Assembly (NCBI GenBank): GCA_964016885.1
Contig: OZ024743.1
Coordinates: 262,880,001 to 262,944,000, forward strand
DNA: 64,000 nucleotides
Direction of reading: 5' to 3'
DNA from: Eledone cirrhosa
Taxonomy: Eukaryota
The translations under genes were made by a program, and so were the position numbers. The notes below the pieces were generated by a model. It searched no databases and was not told the DNA's origin. It saw only the letters and a list, made by a program, of their open reading frames with translations. This document shows positions 14,271-28,391 of this stretch, in pieces (within the stretch, counting starts at the first letter, position 1; each line of letters opens with the position of its first letter).

Positions 14271-15911
14271 ATGATTGCCAATACTTCCTGAGTGACTTCC
14301 CCTTCCTCACCTGCAACCGTTAAACAACCTATTTAAAAAAACATTTAAATAAAAAAAATAGAATTAATGAAAATCTAAAGTTGTATATTATCAACTCGCA
14401 GTAGAAGAGTGTTTTATATGTTCTAGAAGGTGAAGATGATTGCTTATAAAATGGACAAAGAGGATGTTAGAAAAAACACTTACCTCTTTGCTCTGTGGAT
14501 TGCTTATATATTTTATCATCATTGAAAACAAAAAAGTACCCAAACAAAGGCACCTCTTAACGGCTGTAACTTGTCAGAGATCAATATTGATCTATTCTGG
14601 CTGGTAGAGGCTGTCAAAAGTTGACATTTTTTTCTTTGTCTTCATAGTTACTGTTTCTCCTGTAATTGTTTGTAGTTGTTGTTGCTGCTGTTGTTTTACT
14701 TTTGCATATTTTCTTCTTCTGCTTCAAAGCTACTAAATTTACATTATTGCTAAGGTGAATTTAATGGATTGCAGACTGTGTGTGCGTGTTGGGTGGGGGA
14801 GGCAGTTCTGCAAAGTAAAATATTATCAATGGTGTTTTTTTGTCTTTTTTGTTTAATGAGTGTAAAAATTATTTGTAAAAGATTGAATGTCATACTGATG
14901 ATGATGATAAGATTTGGATGTGAAAGAGCACAAATTAAACATGATTTGTGCATGTATCTGCCAGTGTGTGTATATGAGGGGAAGGACATTAAAAAAACAA
15001 ATATTGTCTGAATTATATCTTTAAGAGTAGAATCTCCCTGGTTTGTTTTCACCTAGAATTCAGGTCGAGTGAGTTATGTTTATTTTTTTATATCTCAAAG
15101 CTTCTTGGCATGAATGTTGTAGTTGTCTAGACCAAGGGTCTCAAACATTCAGCCTGTGAGCATCATGCGTGTATGGCTCGTTGCAGAACAATTTCTGTGA
15201 TTAATATTTTCTAGAAACTTGGTAATTTGTCTGTTTTAATAATATTTATAGTACAATTTGTTGCAATTTAGACAATAAATTGGAGAAGACTGAATTTATT
15301 AAAAGTGAAAACAGAAATAGGGAATTTAGCAAAAATAGAATTAAGAAAAATTTGTCCCCTTTTATTTTGTACTATTTCATGCATTTCTTTTACTATCATA
15401 TGCATTTGCTGGCCTTGTGCCTAAAGTAGAAACAATTATGATGAATGCATATACTTTTGACTTGCTGTGCCTCTTCTTCAGGATGTAATGCCCCTTTTGG
15501 GACTTTTAGTTTGAGACTCCTGGTTTAGCCCCAGGTTAGTCTTGGTTGAGCAGAGGTATTCCACCATCAAGCAATCAGATTAACCTTTTGTGACCATATT
15601 TCTAACAAAGAAATACTGTCTTGTTATAATTATTAAATTAATCGAGTATTATAAGAGGTTTGCTGAAACGACTTACTTTCAACTTAATGTCTAATATTGG
15701 CACAAGGCTAGCAATTTATGGTGAGGGAAAAATTGATTGTATCAACCCTAGTATTTTACTGGTACTTTATTTTATTGACCCCCGGAAAGATGAAAGACAA
15801 AGTTGATCTTAGCAGAATGTGAACTCAGTGTAAAATGCCGTAACTAAATGCTGCAAAGCAATTTTTACAACTCTCCTGATTCTGCCAATCTACCATCCTT
15901 TCTTTCAATTT

Positions 15912-16106
15912 AATAATTGTTTCTACTTTTGGCACAAGGCCAGCAATTACCCAGTGCATTACTGGTACTTTATTTTATCGACCCTGTAAGGATGAAAGGC
16001 AAAGTTAACCTCGGCAGGATTTGAACTCAGATCAGAAAGGGGCGTAACCCTGTGCTATGAAGCATGTTGTCCAACCCTCTACCGATACTACCAAACCACC
16101 ACCCTT
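15912..16106 (-). mobile_element. SINE family 2 copy (older related copy at ~15690-15900)
   Basis: Reverse complement of 59665-59853. Confidence 0.8.
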
Positions 16107-17519
16107 ATTATTATCTATCATGTAATATTGAGATTTCAGTTTAAGACTTGAATTTAAAATCTAACAGCGGTAGTTTCAAGCAGGTTGGTATTTAAGGGTT
16201 GAATGCGAGATTGTTCCAGCTCTCAGACTTCTTGAGATCTGATCTTACCAAGATCAGCTTTGCCTGTTGTACTTTCAGGGTTAATAAATAAAATACCAGT
16301 CCAGGGATGTGTCTTGAGTTTGCCTGCAACATCATTGATGCCAAGCTATATCTGTCCTTTCACCCTTTAGACATTGGTGGTGTGGAGAGGGGAGTCTTGT
16401 ATGCATGGGCAACTGCAAGTCTTCCACACACACACACGCTCATGTAGGCTTGCTTGATGAAGAGGAGATTTCCAGGTGTAAATCTCATGAAACATGGAAG
16501 GTGTAAATATCATGAAACATGGAAGGCTTAGATATATTATTAATAAGGCTAATTCAGTAGCTTGCCACTCTGGAATTACCCAGATGTGTGAGCAGTTCAT
16601 ATTTTTTCTATCTGAAAAACCAGCTATAGATTGAGGGGAAACTCCAGAATAACTGGCTACCGGATCAACCTAAATATTAAGATAATCTACTATGGTAGTG
16701 AGTCTTTTTTTCTCTTGTTTGTTAAAACCATCACCACACACACATATGTGCATACATTTAAGGTCATGCTTATAGATTTGCAAATATGTTTTTAAGTGAT
16801 CTTCAGAATAGTACTTAAAACCATATATACAAATCTATAAGCATTATCCTGAATAAATATGGATTAATTTGTCTCCAAGACATTAAGTTCTCTATTCAGA
16901 TTGTGGCAGTGTTTGTCATTATGAACAACCTGATTACTATGTGTATGTGTGTGTGTGTACATGTGCATGCATCTGTCTTCCTGTTTGTTATTCTTTCCTT
17001 TCTTTTGTTACTGTTAACTTATTTCATGTTGTAAGTGTAACAAAATTTACCATATATACTTGAACATAAACCAATTTGAATATAAGCTGACCCTCTATTT
17101 TATACCTGAAAAATAGGCAAAATTCCAAACCCTGTTTATAAGCTGAGGAGAGCTAATCAACACATTATGTTTAGATTGTACGGTTTTAAAATTCTTATAA
17201 GTGGAGAATATATTTATGAAGTTTTAATATTTTGATATTTAAAATGGTTTGTGTTGTTTAGAGTATAGTTTTTGTATTACAACTTCATTATGTAATGATA
17301 TTTTACCAATTTCTGACAGTTTTGAAGGCCATATTCATTCAAAACACATCATGAGAGATAGCAAAGTGTGAACAGCAAAAGCTGCGAGGAAACAACACCT
17401 GCCTTTGACCACTTTATTCTGTTTCTTGTGGTACTTTACCTGATTTTCTCAACTATTATTTATGGTGATCAACTAATATTAAGGTCATTTGCATTGAGAC
17501 ACACATTTTGAATATATAT

Positions 17520-18706
17520 ATCACCATCATTATCATCATCATTTTACTACTGCATTTTCCATGCTTGCATGGTTTGGACGGGTCCTCAGCATAGCATCTC
17601 TTCACTTGCCATGTTTCTTCGTAATCTGCTCTGAGAGTTTCATCCACTTGAAGTCAGCTCTCACCACCTCTTCCCAAGACATTCTTGGTCTACCTCTACT
17701 GCGGCTTCCTTCCACTGGTATTTCCTGGACTTCTTCACCCATCGATCATCATCCATGTGCATCACATGTCCATACCAATGCAGTCATCTCTCCTGCACAC
17801 AACCTCAGATTCCTCTTAAACCCATCTTCTCCCTCAGTTCATCCAAGCTCTGCTTTTCTCTCACATTTACATTGCACATTCAACGAAGAATGGCTGCTTC
17901 ATTTCTCACCAGTGTATGCATGTTTCACTACCCTGCAGCATCGCATTTTGTACACAGGCATCTTGCAGTCATCCTTTTATATGTAGGGAGAAACCTTTTG
18001 TTTGAGTGTAGCTGTCTAAACTTCTTCCATCCTATCCTTATTCTAGCTATTATGCTTTCAGAGCACTCTCCTCTGCTGCTAATTAAGTCACCTAGATAGC
18101 AGAATTTACCAACCACTTCTATGGACACTGCCAGTGACTTGATGAGGTTTATATTACTGACGATGTTCCTCTCGATACCTCTGTGCATCTTCTACATACA
18201 AGGTCTTCTTTTCTTGTTAGTCTACCCATTATTCCATAGTCGGAACTTATTTTCTAGTTCTTTTATGGATTTGGCTATAAGGACCAGATCATCTGCACAG
18301 AGAAGTTCCCTTGGACAGCCAGTTTTAAACTCTTTTGTTATGGCCTGGAGAACTATGATGAACAGCAGTGAGCTAAGACCCAAACCTTGATCAACTCTTA
18401 CCTGTACCTTGAATTCCTCACTAAACTCACTTCCTACTTTCACTTTACTGACAGTTCCTGTGTGCATGGCTTGCACAAGCCATTCTTTTATACTTAATTT
18501 CCTTAAGAACCATTGGATAATGGATCAAGATATTCTGTCACAAGCTTTTTCTAAATCAGCAAAAGCTAAATATAGCAGTTTATTCTTGGCTAGGAACTTC
18601 TCTTGTAGTTACCTCACTAAGAAGAGGGCATCTGTACTACTTTTCCCAAGCATGAAACCAAACTGCATCTCATCTAATTTGACTCTTTGCTTAATTGGTT
18701 GTGCTT
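17520..18706 (-). mobile_element. Old degenerate RTE LINE 3' part
   Basis: LLFIIVLQAITKEFKTGCPRELLCADDL, EVVGKFCYLGD, IARIRIGWKKF; (CAT)n tail at ~17520-17541. Confidence 0.85.
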
Positions 18707-18797
18707 TATATCATCATCATCACCGTTTTACGTCCGTTCTTCCATGCTAGCATGGGTTAGACGGTGGATTATATATATATATATATGTATGTGTATA

Positions 18798-18828
<31 letters not shown>

Positions 18829-18868
18829 ATATGTGTGTGTGTGTGTGTATATATGTGTGTGTGTGTGC

Positions 18869-18902
<34 letters not shown>

Positions 18903-18906
<4 letters not shown>

Positions 18907-21609
18907 TCATCATCATCATCAGGTTTAGCGTCCGTGTTCCACGCTTGCATGGGTTTGGACGGGGGTTTTCCCACTTGAGGCAAGAGTGGTTGTCTTGCTC
19001 GCATAGGACTGTCTGGCGGGTTTTCTACAGTTGGATGCCCTTCCTAACACCAACCACATTTACAGTGTGGGGCTGGGAGGTTTTTACCGTGTTGCCTACA
19101 CGGCCACATTACAGCGTGGACTGTCTGGCGGGTTTTCTACAGCTGGATGCCCTTCCTAACACCAACCACATTTACAGTGTGGGGCTGGGAGGTTTTTACC
19201 GTGTTGCCTACACGGCCACATTTACAGCGTGGACTGTGTGTTTTTTTGTCGTGACACCTACACGATCTCATTTGTTTTGGCCTGGATGTTGTGGGACCAA
19301 CATAACTGTACATTGAAAGGGGGCGGTGTGGATGGGGTGGAGGTGGTGGGACGGGGGGGGTGTTTTGATAGAGATGCCTACTGACTGTAGTAGGTTTTTA
19401 CTTTGTATTTAGGTAAGGCGGGTCTTCTCTATTACTGAGTACCGCCAAAGGTCTCGGTCCAGTGACATTGTCTTGGAGAGGTGTAAGCGTGTGAGGTCGG
19501 AATTTATCAGCTCGTCCCATGTTTTTCTGGGTCTGCCTACTCCGTGGCTACCGTCTATCTTTATTGCCCTGCACTTTGTTATACAGCTGTCGTCTTTCAT
19601 GCGCATCACGTGACCATACCAACGTAGCCTTCTCTCGAGTAAACAACATCTGATCCCTCTTATTTATAATTATTTCCTTAGTTCGTTTATGCTTTGCCGT
19701 TCACATATATTACTATTGCACATCCAGCGGAGCATGCAAGCTTCGTTCCTCTCTAGTCTGCGTATATCCTCTGCACACAATGCCCAGGTCTCACTGCCAT
19801 GCAGCATTGCTGTTCGTATGCAGGCATCGTATAACCTGCCTTTCATTTTTAGGGAGAACCCTCTAGCGGCTAATAGTGGTATAAGCTCTCTGAACTTTTT
19901 CCATCCAGTTCTGACTCTAGCTACTGTACTTTCAGAGCACCCTCCCCCACTGCTGATTTTGTCACCCAGGTAACGGAAGCTGTCCACTATTTCTATAGAA
20001 CCCTCTGCGCAGTTGAAGGAGCTAGTATTTTGTGGGCACTTGCTGCTACTTATTGCACCAGAGCACCGGCCACATGTAAAATCTATGTTCTTAGTTAGCT
20101 TACCTGTGATCCCACTACATCTTTTATGCACCCATACTTTGCATTTGGGACATAAAATGGAGTTTCTACCTACGCCTTTCCTACACACTGAGCATGGCCA
20201 TTTCCCAGATGGGACTGCCGCCATATTTTCTTTCCTACAAACTAGAACTTTTGTCTTAGCCAGGTTAATTTTAAGGCCTTTTGATTCTAGGCCGTGCTTC
20301 CATGTTTGGAATTTCTTCTCTAGTTCGGTCATTGATTCAGCTATGAGCGTTAGATCATCTGCGTATAGGTGTTCCCATGGGCAGCCGGTCTTGAACTCCT
20401 CTGTTATAGCCTGAAGGGCAATAATAAATAGTAGGGGGCTAAGAACAGAGCCCTGATGGACACCAACTTTTACGCTAAACTCTTCACTATATTCGTTGTT
20501 AATTCTAACCTTACTGACTGTTTCTTTATACATGGCTTGTATAGCTCTCACAAGCCATTCGTCAACACCTAGTTTTCTAAGAGACCACCAGATAATGGAA
20601 CGGGGGACTCTGTCGAAGGCTTTCTCCAAGTCGACGAAAGCTAAGTATAGGGGTTTACTTTTAGCTAGGTACTTCTCCTGTAGTTGTCGTACAATGAAAA
20701 GAGCGTCTGTGGTACTTTTGCCTGACACAAACCCGAACTGCATTTCATCTAGATCGATTCTCTCTCTGATTAGTTGCGCTATTACTTTTTCCGTGACCTT
20801 CATGACCTGGTCAATTAATTTAATCCCTCTATAGTTACTCCTATCTAGGGCATCTCCTTTTCCCTTATAGCAGTTAACGATGATGCTGCTACGCCAGTCC
20901 TTCGGAACAACCCCATTCTGTACGACTTGGTTAACTATCCGGGTGACCATGGTGTGTCCCACCGAACCAGATGCCTTCAGCATCTCAGCAACTATTTCCG
21001 AAGGACCAGCCGCCTTACCCATCTTCATATCTTTGATTGCCTTGCTTATTGTACTACCCTGGACTAACATTGCTGGTCCCTCTATTGGGTCGATGTGGGG
21101 GAGACTGTCTTTCTCCCATTTGTTCTCCTCATTTAGAAGCCTTTCGTAGTGACACTTCCAAGCTACCTTCTTATCAGCGTCGGTGATGGCAAGTATGCCA
21201 TCATTATTAAGCACACACTTCTCCCCGACAATATCACGGTTTTCCTTGACACATTGCCTGGCAATCCTGAACACCTCACGTTTTTGGTCCTCACGTTGTA
21301 GAACATGCTTGAACTTTCTTTCCTCTGCTTCCCTTCTTGCGAAGTACACTTGTCTCCTAGCTTCCCTCCTGGCTACCTGATAGTCTTCTCTACTTCCCCC
21401 ATCCCGCCATGCTTTCCAAGCCTGCTTTTTGGCCTTAATTGACTCCTCCACCTTACTGTTCCACCACCATGTTACTCTCCTCCTACCTACAGGCCTGCTC
21501 CAGCCACAGACTTCGTCTGCCGCCGTCAGCAGGTTTGCTCTCAGGAATTCCCACTGTTCCTCTATATTATACGACTCTAATTGCTCTTCCTTACTGTCGA
21601 AAGCGTCAA
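18903..21609 (-). mobile_element. Young 5'-truncated RTE LINE (same family as 33-37 kb copy) with premature stops near 19665-19672
   Basis: ORFs 19670..21451 and 19409..19609 are almost identical to the 33815..37030 protein; 3' UTR and (CAT)n tail on + at ~18903-18920. Confidence 0.93.
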
Positions 21610-22000
21610 CGTTTAACGTCCGTGTTCCACGCTTGCATGGGTTTGGACGGGGGTAGTCCCACTTGAGGCAAGAGTGATTGTCTTGCTCGCATAGGACTGT
21701 CTGGCAGGTTTTCTACAGTTGGATGCCCTTCCTAACACCAACCACATTTACAGTGTGGGTCTGGGAGGTTTTTACCGTGTTGCCTACACGGCCACATTAC
21801 AGCGTGGACTGTGTGTTTTTTTGTCGTGACACTTACACGATCTCATTTGTTTCGGCCTGGATGGCGCGGCACCAACATAACTTTACATAGAATGGGGTGG
21901 TGTGGATGGGGTGGGGGTGGTGGGACGGGGTGTATTTTGTTAGAGATGCCTACTGGCTGGAGTAGGTTTTACTATATTCCAGCCAGTAGGCATCTCTAAC
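21610..22000 (-). mobile_element. RTE LINE 3'-UTR-only fragment joined to the preceding copy, with a short terminal inversion
   Basis: Matches the 3' UTR type seen at 59188-59565; 21978-22000 is the reverse complement of ~21939-21961. Confidence 0.85.
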
Positions 22001-22006
22001 ATATAA

Positions 22007-22041
<35 letters not shown>

Positions 22042-22047
22042 TATATA

Positions 22048-22548
22048 CTAGCCGAATTACCCGCGCCTTGCTGCGTTTCACACATTTTTTTTTTGTAAGA
22101 AAATGATGATTGATTTTAAATCAGTGGTATAATTTATGGAGAAAAACTCTGCATTTCAATATTACTCAATATAAAATGTAATGCATGAAAAATTGGAAAA
22201 CATTATTTTTTGTAATATATCAAATCAAAATTATGTTATTAAATCTTATTCTTATTATGTTTCTTGTAAATAATTTTTTTCAAAATATTAATTCAAAACT
22301 TTTGTGAATAGGCATCATATCTTATTTATCTATGGTTTAAATTTCGTATAAATCGAAGGGAAAACATTTTCAGCAGGGGTTTTGTGCCCCCAGGGAACTC
22401 TTTGATTAAAATGCAATATACTTATCTAAGTACCCTGGGCAATGTAGTTTCAAAATATATATGATTATGGAGGTCTATCTCCAAAACAATAGGAGGAGTT
22501 TGTGAACAAACAAACAGACAGACAGGAATACAACTTTATATATATAGA
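22048..22548 (-). mobile_element. Non-autonomous Helitron (second family)
   Basis: Minus strand A|TCTATATATATAAAG..., (CTGT)n near the 5' end, GC-rich subterminal segment and CTAG|T end; sits in (TA)n. Confidence 0.7.
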
Positions 22549-23385
22549 TATAGATATTTAAATATATGTATGCAAAAGGCCAACAGAAATAACAAAGCAG
22601 ACAACACAGTACAATGAAGAAATATATTATTAGTTTTACGTTTGATATAGTAGGAAAAAGGAAAAGAGTTTTAACATTTCAGATGCTAGTCCTTCATCAG
22701 AAAATAGAATGAGAAATTAAAGAAAACTTAGAAAGAGGAATCTGGGTAGTGGCAGAAATGGAAAAAAAAATTTCTCGAGAAAAACAGGTCTATTCATGAC
22801 GCCATCTCTTTATGATGATGATGATGATATATATATATATTTATATAATCTTATTCATTTATTTATTTGTCCATTGAAAGATAGAGTATATTGTGATTGG
22901 TTTAGCTTTTAGGCTAGCAATAAATTAATATCTTTAGAAAGACAGAAAATAGTTAGAATGAAGCTTGACATCTTATCACATTCAGCAATCAATTTGCTGT
23001 TTCCGTGGATAGTAATATAATACATTGAATGATTCAAATGTTATTACAATATTTCTTGTAGCATTATTTGTGAAGGTATGTGGCTTAGTGGTTAGAGTGT
23101 TCGACACAATTGTAAGGTTGTGAGTTTAGCAAGACACTTTATTTCATGTGGCTCCTGTCTACTCAGTTGGTAAGAACGAGTTGTACTGCTAATTCAAATG
23201 TCCAGCCTTGTCACACACTTTGCCACACTGAATCTCCTTAGAAACTATGTCAAGGGTACATGTATCTGTGGTATGCTCAGGTACTTACATGTTAATTTCA
23301 CAAGTAGACAGTTTTGTTTTTGAACAGTTGGAACTCTCATCATCAGAAACGATGATAGAGGTCCAATGTAACTCACTCGTATTAT

Positions 23386-23700
23386 ATAATTGTTTCTACT
23401 TTTTGGCACAAGGCCAGCAATTATCCAGAGCATTACTGGTACTTTATTTTATCGATCCTGTAAGGATGAAAGGCAAAGTTAACCTCGGCAGGATTTGAAC
23501 TCAGAATGGCAAGGGCCGTAACTCTATGCGTCAAAGCATGGCGTCCGACCCGCTACTGATACTGCCAATCCACCGCCACTAGTATTATATAATTGTTTCT
23601 ACTTTAGGCACAAGGCCAGCAATTACCCAGTGCATTACTGGTACTTTATTTTATCGACCCCGTAAGGATGAAAGGCAAAGTCAACCGCGGCGGGATTTGT
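23386..23700 (-). mobile_element. Two tandem SINE family 2 copies (second truncated)
   Basis: gtattatataattgtttctacttt..gcacaaggccagcaatt occurs at ~23379 and ~23582. Confidence 0.8.
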
Positions 23701-24371
23701 TATATAATGTGATGCTATAGTATTTAAAACTTTCTTGGCTGTATAACAGCTACCTTTTTATGACTCAACTAAGTGGAGAAGTGGTATAACTGGAAAGATT
23801 GATTTGTTTGTCTGACTACTTCTATACTCTGAGACTGTTTGATCAAGGCTGATCTGGAGCTACACTACACCAGCAACTAGAGGACAATAACCTTGTACAT
23901 ACATTGCAGAAACAATCAACAAAGTATAAAAAACATCATCATCATGTTTATTTGCGTCCACTTTTCCATGGTGGCATGAGTTGGATGGGATGTTTTGAGA
24001 CAGTGTTTCTACAGCTGGATGCCCTTCCTAATAATAGCTCTTTTAGTCTCCTCATATGACATGCTGGGATATAATGTACCTATTCTAAAATCCAGGATAC
24101 ACACAAAACAAAAAAAAAACATGGAACAAATATAGTAAACATCTTGAATCTGATGGGACCTAATGTTCTGTATTACATAAAACCACATTAGCATGATATT
24201 CTTGAAGAAGTACAAAACAACACTATGACTGCATCACCTATGTACCCCATAGAAGGATGTTCCTTGGATGTTTTAGTGATAGGAGGCCTATTCCTATTAT
24301 GTCACCATTTTGTTTTATTTCTTTATATTAATTTTCTCTCTTTTTTTTTTTTACATTTTTTGTCTTTCTAG

Positions 24372-24541
24372 GACCTTCTTTCTGAGAAAGTTCAACAAAT
24401 GATGGAATGGAACACCAAAAAAGTTGTATTACGTTTAAATGGCGATAAATTTCGCCAGTATGTGAAAACAGCACCTAGAAATTATTCTGTCATTTTGATG
24501 TTAACTGCTTTACAAGCTCAAAGACAGTGTACAGTTTGCAG
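24372..24541 (+). CDS. TUSC3/MAGT1: OST3/OST6-family oligosaccharyltransferase subunit, internal exon A (170 bp, thioredoxin-like domain with CxxC)
   Basis: Polypyrimidine tract and acceptor tttctag|GAC; donor CAG|gtaag. Translates [56 protein letters not shown](R), matching the TUSC3/MAGT1 pattern PRNYS..MxTAL...RQCxVC. Ends in phase 2. Not in the ORF track. Confidence 0.95.
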
Positions 24542-27115
24542 GTAAGAAAAAGAGACTGTTTAGAAGTGTTTCTGTGGTGGGTGTATATTTTATTGTGAGT
24601 TGATCACAGTTGATGGGATGTGTGGAAGTAGTAGATATGGTGAAGGCTGACCATAGGAAGCTGAACCTCATAATGGAGATGACAAAGGAACATGATGATT
24701 GGCAACATGCCATACTAGAGATGACCCAACCAATTATATAAAAGCAAGGCTCCAAATATGCTCCTATTAACTTCTCCTTTTCTCCCATAGTATCTGCTAC
24801 ACCATTATATACTTCTTCCTTCTTTACTGCATCTTCTGTGCTGCAACCATGTGGTGGGATGTGACTTATGGCTTGTTCATACTTGACACCTCTTTAGTAT
24901 AATTCTCATCATTACTGTACTCCTCCAGTCTCTCCTACATTAATCCCACCCTTGTCTTTCTCCATCTCACTTTATTTGATTGCACCATTCTTGTCATACA
25001 CCCCTAACTCAGCTTAATACCTCTTCTTAGTATTTTCACCTTTGAACATGCTTACCTTCGAACACGGCAACCTCCCCATTGTTGGTACCTCTATGTAATG
25101 CCCTCTGTACACACTGTAGGATGGGTGACATTTAAGTGGTAACAGTAACATAGAGTAGGGTGGCCTCTTCAAACAGGTTACAGACCTCACAACCTCCCTA
25201 GTGCTGGTGCCATGATAAACTGCGCCATTGTAAAGTGGTTGGTGTTAAGAAGAGCATGCAGTGTAAAAAAAAAACATGCTAAAAAGTGTTGAAAGGGCTC
25301 CTCTGTCACGTCATAGACATGGCAATCATTTTAGTGTGCAGGAGAGAAGACTGTTGGTATGGCCATGTGATGCATATAGATGATCGTTGGGTGAAGAAGT
25401 GCCAGGAAATCCCTGTGGAAGGGAGCTGCAACAGAGGAAACCAGTGAAAACCTGAGCAGAGGTTGTCAGCGCTGATCTCAAATCATTGAATCTCACAGTC
25501 AGATTGAAAAAGGACTGAGGTGAATGGAGAGATGCTGTGCTGGAAAGGTCCTGTCCAACCTCTGTAAGCATGGAAAAATGAACGTAAAATGGTGACGATG
25601 ATGATGATGATGGTCACCCAAAGAAGGTCAATGGGTACAACAACTGAAATTGTGTTATAACAATAAAAAAATCTGTGTATAATAAAGTTAATTCTTCATC
25701 TCAGATTCAGACAAAATATAAGAGGAAAAGTTATATATTTAAAAACAGAACTGTAAATTCAAAAGAATTCAATAAATTAATCTAATTAGCAACTATAATG
25801 TTGCTAATTTGATTGAATTTTTCAACAATCATTCATATCAGTTTCTTCTAATCTTTTTTTATGCTTTGTAAAAATGTTATCAATTTTAGATACTTTCAGA
25901 AAGGTTTACATAAAAAGTAATTTATATAAAAATAAAATAAAAACAGAACATAATTAAAATTAAATGTATGTAACCACCTAATGTACCCATGCCGTAAAAT
26001 ATGACAGTATTAGTAATTCTAGAGAATGTCTTTTTGTTGAAATATTTACTACAAATATATATCATCATCATCGTTTTTATGTCCACTTTTCCATGCTGGC
26101 ATAAGTTGGATAGTATGTTTTAAGACAATGTTTTACAGGTAGATACCCTTTCTGATGCCAACCTCTTTTAGTTACCTCTTACAGCATGCAGGGGTATGAT
26201 GTATCTGTTCTGGGATACACACACAATATAATATATACACAAACATATACTCATGAATAATATGTACACGTGCATAATGGACACACATAATATATACACC
26301 AACATGATATATGTACCTTCCACTACAGCCATTATATATGTACCTTCCACTACAACCATTATACTTCTTACTCCAACCCACCGTCACTTTAATTCTGTCC
26401 ACCAGTCAAGCACGATGTGCTTGCTCTTTTAAATAAAAATAGGATCATATAAGCATTCTTTTTTTTCATTTGATTCTGTGTAAATACATAACTATTTAAA
26501 GTTTATGTTACCATGGACAATATCACTAAGTGCCTGCACCAAAATGTGTATTTGTACACTTAATTTTAAATATTATTTTCGCTATGCATAATGATTTTCA
26601 ATTCTGTTTAAATTTATCTCTAACTGTATTTTACTTACACTATACTTTCCTTAAAAATGCTTAAATTAATGAATCACCTACTTTTATCTCTCTTATGCGT
26701 TTCTTGTGCTATTTGAAAGCTTGCCTATGTATTTTCTTAATGGACTAAGTAACTCAATTGATTGAGCTATATTCCCTTATGATACGAAACGAGATGTGTT
26801 TGTACCATATAAATAATTGATTAACTGATTAATTCTTTTGGCTGGTACTACATCTATCCTTATAGAAACGATTGTAGAAATAAATGATTGAAATTGAATA
26901 ACTACCTTTGTTTTCTTTCTGAATCGATTATTTATGCTCTGTGGCTTTCATTGTCTTCACCTACCAGTATCATAACCCTTTTGATTACACTCTGGACTTT
27001 TATCCTGCATGTTTTTGACTTGTATAATGCATTAAAGTTAATGCACCTTGCTCATATTAGTCGATTCTTCCACTTACTCTGTGTGTGTGTGTATGTATAT
27101 ATATACGTAAATATA

Positions 27116-28362
27116 CAGGGTGACCCAAAAGTTCTGTTACATTTTTTGAAGTTTTAAGTTTAACATAAAAAAATGACAATTTTATATTGTTTTAAAGCTT
27201 TTTTTGTCTTCTTTCGGGTTCTGAACTCATCTTAAAGTTAAGAGATATAGTTTTGTCCAAAATTAGAATGTGACGTGAATGATCTACTGTAGTTGGGCTA
27301 CATGAAGCTGGCATGTTGCCATCAGAAATTTTGAATCCTCTCAATTGGCCGAAAATGAAGCGAATGTTCATCTATCGAACCATCAATCAATTCAGGGACG
27401 CTATTTGAGTTCAAGATTGAGTGAGAACAGGACATCCCAGATCAGTCAAGACTTCCAGGCTCAAGAAAATCATCAGTTCCTGAGTTCACAGAAATCCAAG
27501 GCACTCCATAAGACAGATGGCTGCTGAGCTGGGAGGCAAGTTGTCAAAAGTGACTTGCGACTTGCTTCATTGAAACGCGGAAAAGTTTGCAGCCTAACAA
27601 CTGCTTCAAAGGGAAAAAAAGTCAGGCACTGCTTGAACAGTTCGATACTCGTGGCTTGGACAATGTGCTCTTCATAGACGAGAAGGTGTTCACTCTTGAA
27701 GAAGTTCACAATATCCAAAATGACAGGGTCCTTGTGGAAAACCCTCAGTCATGTCCAGAGGATGCCAGAAATATCCACTGCACTCAAAAAACTCTTATCT
27801 GTGATGGTTTGGACTGGAGTGTCTTCGATGGGGGAAAACTCTTGTTTTTGTTCCCTGAAGGAGTCAAAATCAAGGCTGCAAGCTATGAAGAACTCATTCT
27901 TGAGCCTGTGGTGAAACATTTGAGCCAAGAATTGTTCAATGGTGGCTCCTTTCTCTTCCAGCAAGAAGGAGCACCTGCCCATACTGCCAATAGAAATCAG
28001 AAGTGGTTTGCAACAATATCCCAGATTTCTTTCCAAGGAAGAATGTCCTCCCTCAAACTCGGACCTCACCCAATGGACTTTAGCATTTAGTCCATCTTGG
28101 AGACCAACACTTGTGCTAAATCTCATTGTTCAGTAGCGATCTCTGCAACATGAATAGGATAAAATATCATAGAAGTTTTGTGTGCCACTGTTGAAGCAGT
28201 GCCTGGTAAACTCAAGGCTGTAATAAAGTAACGAGGTGAATTTATTGAATAATACATTGCTGAAAATGTTAAAAACTAGTGTGCAAATTTTCAAGTAAAT
28301 TGGTTCAGATTTGGTTGAAATACATTGTTTAATCTTTGTAACAGAACTTTTAGGTCACCTTG
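27116..28362 (+). mobile_element. Tc1/mariner DNA transposon (maT/DD37D-like), transposase decayed
   Basis: 26-bp TIRs cagggtgacccaaaagttctgttaca / tgtaacagaacttttaggtcaccttg (2 mismatches) with TA on both sides. Motifs LFIDEKVFTLEE.HNIQNDRV, FQQEGAPAHTA and a frameshifted PxDF, spread over several frames. Confidence 0.88.
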
Positions 28363-28391
28363 TATATAATTATCGTTTTTGTGTTCGTTTT

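Noticed and set aside
14125-14316. Hydrophobic ORF (VVVVMLV)n resembling a signal or membrane peptide
   Set aside because: Trinucleotide-type repeat; wrong strand for TUSC3/MAGT1 exon 1.
19689-21380. Recurrent antisense ORFs over the LINE RT (also at 35-36, 58 and 61 kb)
   Set aside because: They recur only because the copies are near-identical; no recognisable motifs.
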